Origin: Candidatus Kuenenia stuttgartensis
GTDB taxonomy: Bacteria; Planctomycetota; Brocadiia; Brocadiales; Brocadiaceae
Assembly: GCF_900232105.1 (NCBI RefSeq)
Contig: NZ_LT934425.1
Coordinates: 1,380,001-1,412,000, forward strand
Reading direction: 5' to 3'
Length of the DNA: 32,000 nt
Shown: positions 29,278 to 32,000 of the stretch, one piece after another
Position numbering within the stretch: position 1 is the first letter of the stretch
How the letters are laid out: every line of letters begins with the position of its first letter
Translations under genes and position numbers: made by a program
Notes under the pieces: generated by a model
What the model saw: the letters and a program-made list of their open reading frames with translations, nothing else
What the model was told of the DNA's origin: nothing
Databases searched by the model: none

Positions 29278-29830
29278 ATCCTACACATCTCCTTTTACTA
29301 AGACCAACATGAATATGCTTCCAATAAAATTCCGCCCATACATTGGCAGCCACAAGGGCTGCCCCAACATTACATCATGATAATTTTTTAACTCCCAATG
29401 TACTACGACCCCCTTCTGAAATCACACCACCTCCTTTTCAGGAATGCGAATTATGATAAGAGATGGGAAAACTGCACGTGCGTTTCTCTGCTCGTTACCT
29501 TGCCGCGATAGCGCAGGCCTTGGCAGAAAAACCAACTACTTTCTTCCTTATATTCACCCTCCTTTCCTAAATAATAACGCACGATTGTGTATTCAACTAT
29601 TAGACAAGCTAAGACATTTTAGATTTTTTTAATCTGTGTAATCTTTGGTTTCTTTGGTTTTTTTTATTAATTTATGATTTTTAAATCGTAATTCCTAACA
29701 ATATGCCCTGTATAGCTAAACCCCGGTGTCGCAGAATATAGCACGCAATCAGATGACAGTCAACTAAAAAATCAATTTTTCCCAAACTTTACAAAAGAGT
29801 AACACACAGCGTTTTAAAGGGTTAACGTTG

Positions 29831-29907
29831 GAAGTCAGAAGTCAGAAGTCAGAAGCCAGAAGCCAGAAGTCAGAAGTCAGAAGTCAGAAGTCAGAAGCCA
29901 GAAGCCA
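29831..29907. repeat. Heptamer tandem array (GAAGTCA/GAAGCCA)11
   Basis: 11 consecutive 7-bp units. Confidence 0.95.
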
Positions 29908-29960
29908 GAGGTCATAGGGCAGAAGTCGGCAGTCGGCAAATTACAGATTGAGGATTGCAG

Positions 29961-30016
29961 ACTGGGGACTGGGGACTGGGGACTGGGGACTGGGGACTGG
30001 GGACTGGGGACTGGGA
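29961..30016 (+). repeat. Heptamer tandem array (ACTGGGG)7 + partial; G-quadruplex-capable
   Basis: Seven full units and one partial, with regularly spaced GGGG runs separated by ACT. Confidence 0.95.
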
Positions 30017-30058
30017 ACATCTCTCGTTCCCAAGCATCTCTCGTTCCCAGTCTCTCTC

Positions 30059-30240
30059 GTTCCCAAGCTCCGGCGTACACCCTTGTTCCCAAGCTCCGGC
30101 GCACACCCTTGTTCCCAAGCTCCGGCGCACACCCTTGTTCCCAAGCTCCGGCGCACACCCTCGTTCCCAAGCTCCGGCGCACACCCTCGTTCCCAAGCTC
30201 CGGCGTACACCCTTGTTCCCAAGCTCCGGCGTACACCCTT
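30059..30240. repeat. 26-bp tandem array, 7 full units of GTTCCCAAGCTCCGGCGYACACCCTY
   Basis: Units start at 30059, 30085, 30111, 30137, 30163, 30189, 30215; an eighth merges into hairpin H1 at 30241. Confidence 0.95.
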
Positions 30241-30290
30241 GTTCCCAAGCTCCGGCTTGGGAATACGCTTATACCAGAAGCTCCAGCTTC
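30241..30290 (+). repeat. Composite REP-like element at the transposase 3' side
   Basis: GTTCCCAAGCTCCGGCTTGGGAAT (30241-30264), 12-nt linker, GAAGCTCCAGCTTC (30277-30290). Confidence 0.9.
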
Positions 30291-30293
30291 TTT

Positions 30294-30827
30294 TCATAAT
30301 TCAATTTGATCTATCTCGATACATCCTTTGCCATAAAGGTAATTCCCTGCGCTCGAATAAACCCAATGTCCGGCATCTTCTACCAGCCCCCTTCTTACAG
30401 GATTGCAATGTATATATGCAACCTTTTGTCTAAACACATCCTCCTGCGCAACCACCTGCGGGTGGAATCCTTCCTGCCATACCTGATATTCGCTGGTAGC
30501 CTTGTGTCCTTTTTTATAAAATTCAAACTGTTTCAGAAGCCGCTTCCTCTGATTCTCTTTTGCTATCCGTATAATTTCCCGCGCAGTATAGCTCTTAAAA
30601 TCTCTTATTATTCCAGACACCGCCTCTGACGAAACAAGAAGGTGTATATGGGTATCCATTACAACATAAGCAAACAATCGCAGCCCTTTTTTCTGTCTGC
30701 AATAAGTTAACGAATTGACTATGATGTCGCAAAATATCTTTTCTGTAAATACCGGTAGCCACCCGACAATTGTAGAGGTTATAAAATACAGGTTGCTGTT
30801 TTTTACTATTTTGTAACGTGATCTCAT
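30294..30827 (-). CDS. IS200-like Y1/HUH transposase, REP-associated tyrosine transposase (RAYT) type
   Basis: 177 aa; YFITSTIVGWLPVF, VVMDTHIHLLV (HUH), candidate Tyr in KVAYIHCNPVRRGLV. Confidence 0.93.
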   Translation of the reverse strand: MRSRYKIVKNSNLYFITSTIVGWLPVFTEKIFCDIIVNSLTYCRQKKGLRLFAYVVMDTHIHLLVSSEAVSGIIRDFKSYTAREIIRIAKENQRKRLLKQFEFYKKGHKATSEYQVWQEGFHPQVVAQEDVFRQKVAYIHCNPVRRGLVEDAGHWVYSSAGNYLYGKGCIEIDQIEL

Positions 30828-30839
30828 GATTTTCCGCGC

Positions 30840-30888
30840 AAAGCATCGCTTTTACCGCATGTACGTTCCCAAGCCGGAGCTTGGGAAC
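30840..30888 (-). repeat. Composite REP-like element at the transposase 5' side, inverted relative to 30241-30290
   Basis: AAAGC-ATC-GCTTT (30840-30852), 12-nt linker, GTTCCCAAGC-CGGA-GCTTGGGAAC (30865-30888). Confidence 0.85.
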
Positions 30889-31145
30889 GAGGGTGTGCAC
30901 CGGAACTTGGGAACGAGGGTGAAACAGTCCTCAATCGGCAATCGGCAGTCAGAAGTCAGAGGTCTGAAGTCGGCAGTCGGCAGTCGGCAAATTACAGATT
31001 GAGGATTGCAGACTGGGGACTGGGAACACCTCTCGTTCCCAGGCATCTCTAGTTCCCAGTCTCTCTCGTTCCCAAGCTCCGGCGCACACCCTCGTTCCCA
31101 AGCTCCGGCGTACACCCTTGTTCCCAAGCTCCGGCGTACACCCTT

Positions 31146-31195
31146 GTTCCCAAGCTCCGGCTTGGGAATACGCTTATGCCAGAAGCTCCAGCTTC
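31146..31195 (+). repeat. Composite REP-like element, second amplification unit
   Basis: Same as 30241-30290, shifted 905 bp. Confidence 0.9.
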
Positions 31196-31198
31196 TTT

Positions 31199-31732
31199 TC
31201 ATAATTCAATTTGATCTATCTCGATACATCCTTTGCCATAAAGGTAATTCCCTGCGCTCGAATAAACCCAATGTCCGGCATCTTCTACCAGCCCCCTTCT
31301 TACAGGATTGCAATGTATATATGCAACCTTTTGTCTAAGCACATCCTCCTGCGCAACCATCTGCGGGTGGAATCCTTCCTGCCATACCTGATATTCGCTG
31401 GTCGCCTTGTGTCCTTTTTTGTAAAATTCAAACTGTTTCAGAAGCCGCTTCCTCTGATTCTCTTTTGCTATCCGTATAATTTCCCGCGCAGTATAGCTCT
31501 TAAAATCTCTTATTATTTCAGACGCCGCCTCTGACGAAACAAGGAGGTGTATATGGGTATCCATTACAACATAAGCAAACAATCGCAGCCCTTTTTTCTG
31601 TCTGCAATAAGTTAACGAATTGACTATGATGTCGCAAAATATCTTTTCTGTAAATACCGGTAGCCACCCGACAATTGTAGAGGTTATAAAATACAGGTTG
31701 CTGTTTTTTACTATTTTGTAACGTGACCTCAT
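31199..31732 (-). CDS. Second RAYT-type Y1 transposase copy
   Basis: 177 aa, 4 differences from the 30294-30827 product (V/A, G/E, V/M, F/L); 905-bp offset. Confidence 0.93.
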   Translation of the reverse strand: MRSRYKIVKNSNLYFITSTIVGWLPVFTEKIFCDIIVNSLTYCRQKKGLRLFAYVVMDTHIHLLVSSEAASEIIRDFKSYTAREIIRIAKENQRKRLLKQFEFYKKGHKATSEYQVWQEGFHPQMVAQEDVLRQKVAYIHCNPVRRGLVEDAGHWVYSSAGNYLYGKGCIEIDQIEL

Positions 31733-31744
31733 GATTTTCCACGC

Positions 31745-31793
31745 AAAGCATCGCTTTTACCGCATGTACGTTCCCAAGCCGGAGCTTGGGAAC
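31745..31793 (-). repeat. Composite REP-like element, second amplification unit, inverted
   Basis: Same as 30840-30888, shifted 905 bp. Confidence 0.85.
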
Positions 31794-32000
31794 GAGGGTG
31801 TGCACCGGGGCTTGGGAACGAGGGTGAAACAGTCTTCAATCGGCAATCGGCAATCGGCAATCGGCAGTCAGAAGTCAGAGGTCTGAAGTCGGCAGTCGGC
31901 AGTCGGCAAATTACAGATTGAGGATTGCAGACTGGGGACTGGGAACACCTCTCGTTCCCAGGCATCTCTAGTTCCCAGTCTCTCTCGTTCCCAAGCTCCG

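Noticed and set aside
24473-29380. Plus-strand ORFs opposite the S-layer gene (e.g. 24473-24904, 27455-27802)
   Set aside because: They mirror low-complexity Ser/Thr/Val/Gly codons of the 1591-aa ORF; no independent evidence.
30059-30264. CRISPR-like regular direct repeats with a 26-bp period
   Set aside because: The whole 26-bp period is conserved with only 1-2 variable bases per unit, so there are no unique spacers, and no cas genes are nearby. It is a minisatellite.
29877-30433. Long ORFs such as MGTRVYAGAWEQGCTPELGNEGVRRSLGTR on both strands
   Set aside because: These are open frames created by translating the 7-bp and 26-bp tandem arrays; no signal, RBS or independent composition supports a gene. 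The same applies to 30852-31338 and 31729-31965.

Overview
This 32 kb window looks like an anammox planctomycete chromosome. The 1591-aa secreted protein at the right matches in size and character what I remember of the Candidatus Kuenenia stuttgartiensis S-layer protein (Kustd1514); this is recall, not a search. Core genes, left to right: the 3' end of a membrane protein, an 8x CxxCH multiheme cytochrome c, a TPR lipoprotein/secreted-type protein, a FlgM-like protein, eno, an ftsB/divIC-like gene, proA, accA, a TMTC-like GT-C/TPR membrane protein, arcC, a cyclic-2,3-DPG-synthetase-like GTPase, a glutamate racemase-like protein, a second TMTC-like protein, an MNT nucleotidyltransferase, a DUF2283/DUF4258 pair, phoU and the S-layer gene. 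Between these lies a dense layer of repeats. The strongest unexplained signals are: (1) a 383-bp element with 28-bp perfect inverted ends that encloses a complete GIY-YIG ORF, plus truncated, internally deleted and relic copies; (2) a two-hairpin REP-like element (H1, about 12 nt linker, H2) with covarying stems that brackets two near-identical IS200-like/RAYT transposase genes in inverted orientation, itself in a 905-919 bp tandem amplification running off the window end; (3) intergenic tandem repeats of many unrelated sequences that nearly all have a 7-bp unit, including a G4-capable (GGGGACT)n; (4) a racemase-fold protein in which both catalytic Cys positions are Ser; (5) a frameshifted AbrB-like/antitoxin-like gene whose 3' end is replaced by a GIY-YIG relic.
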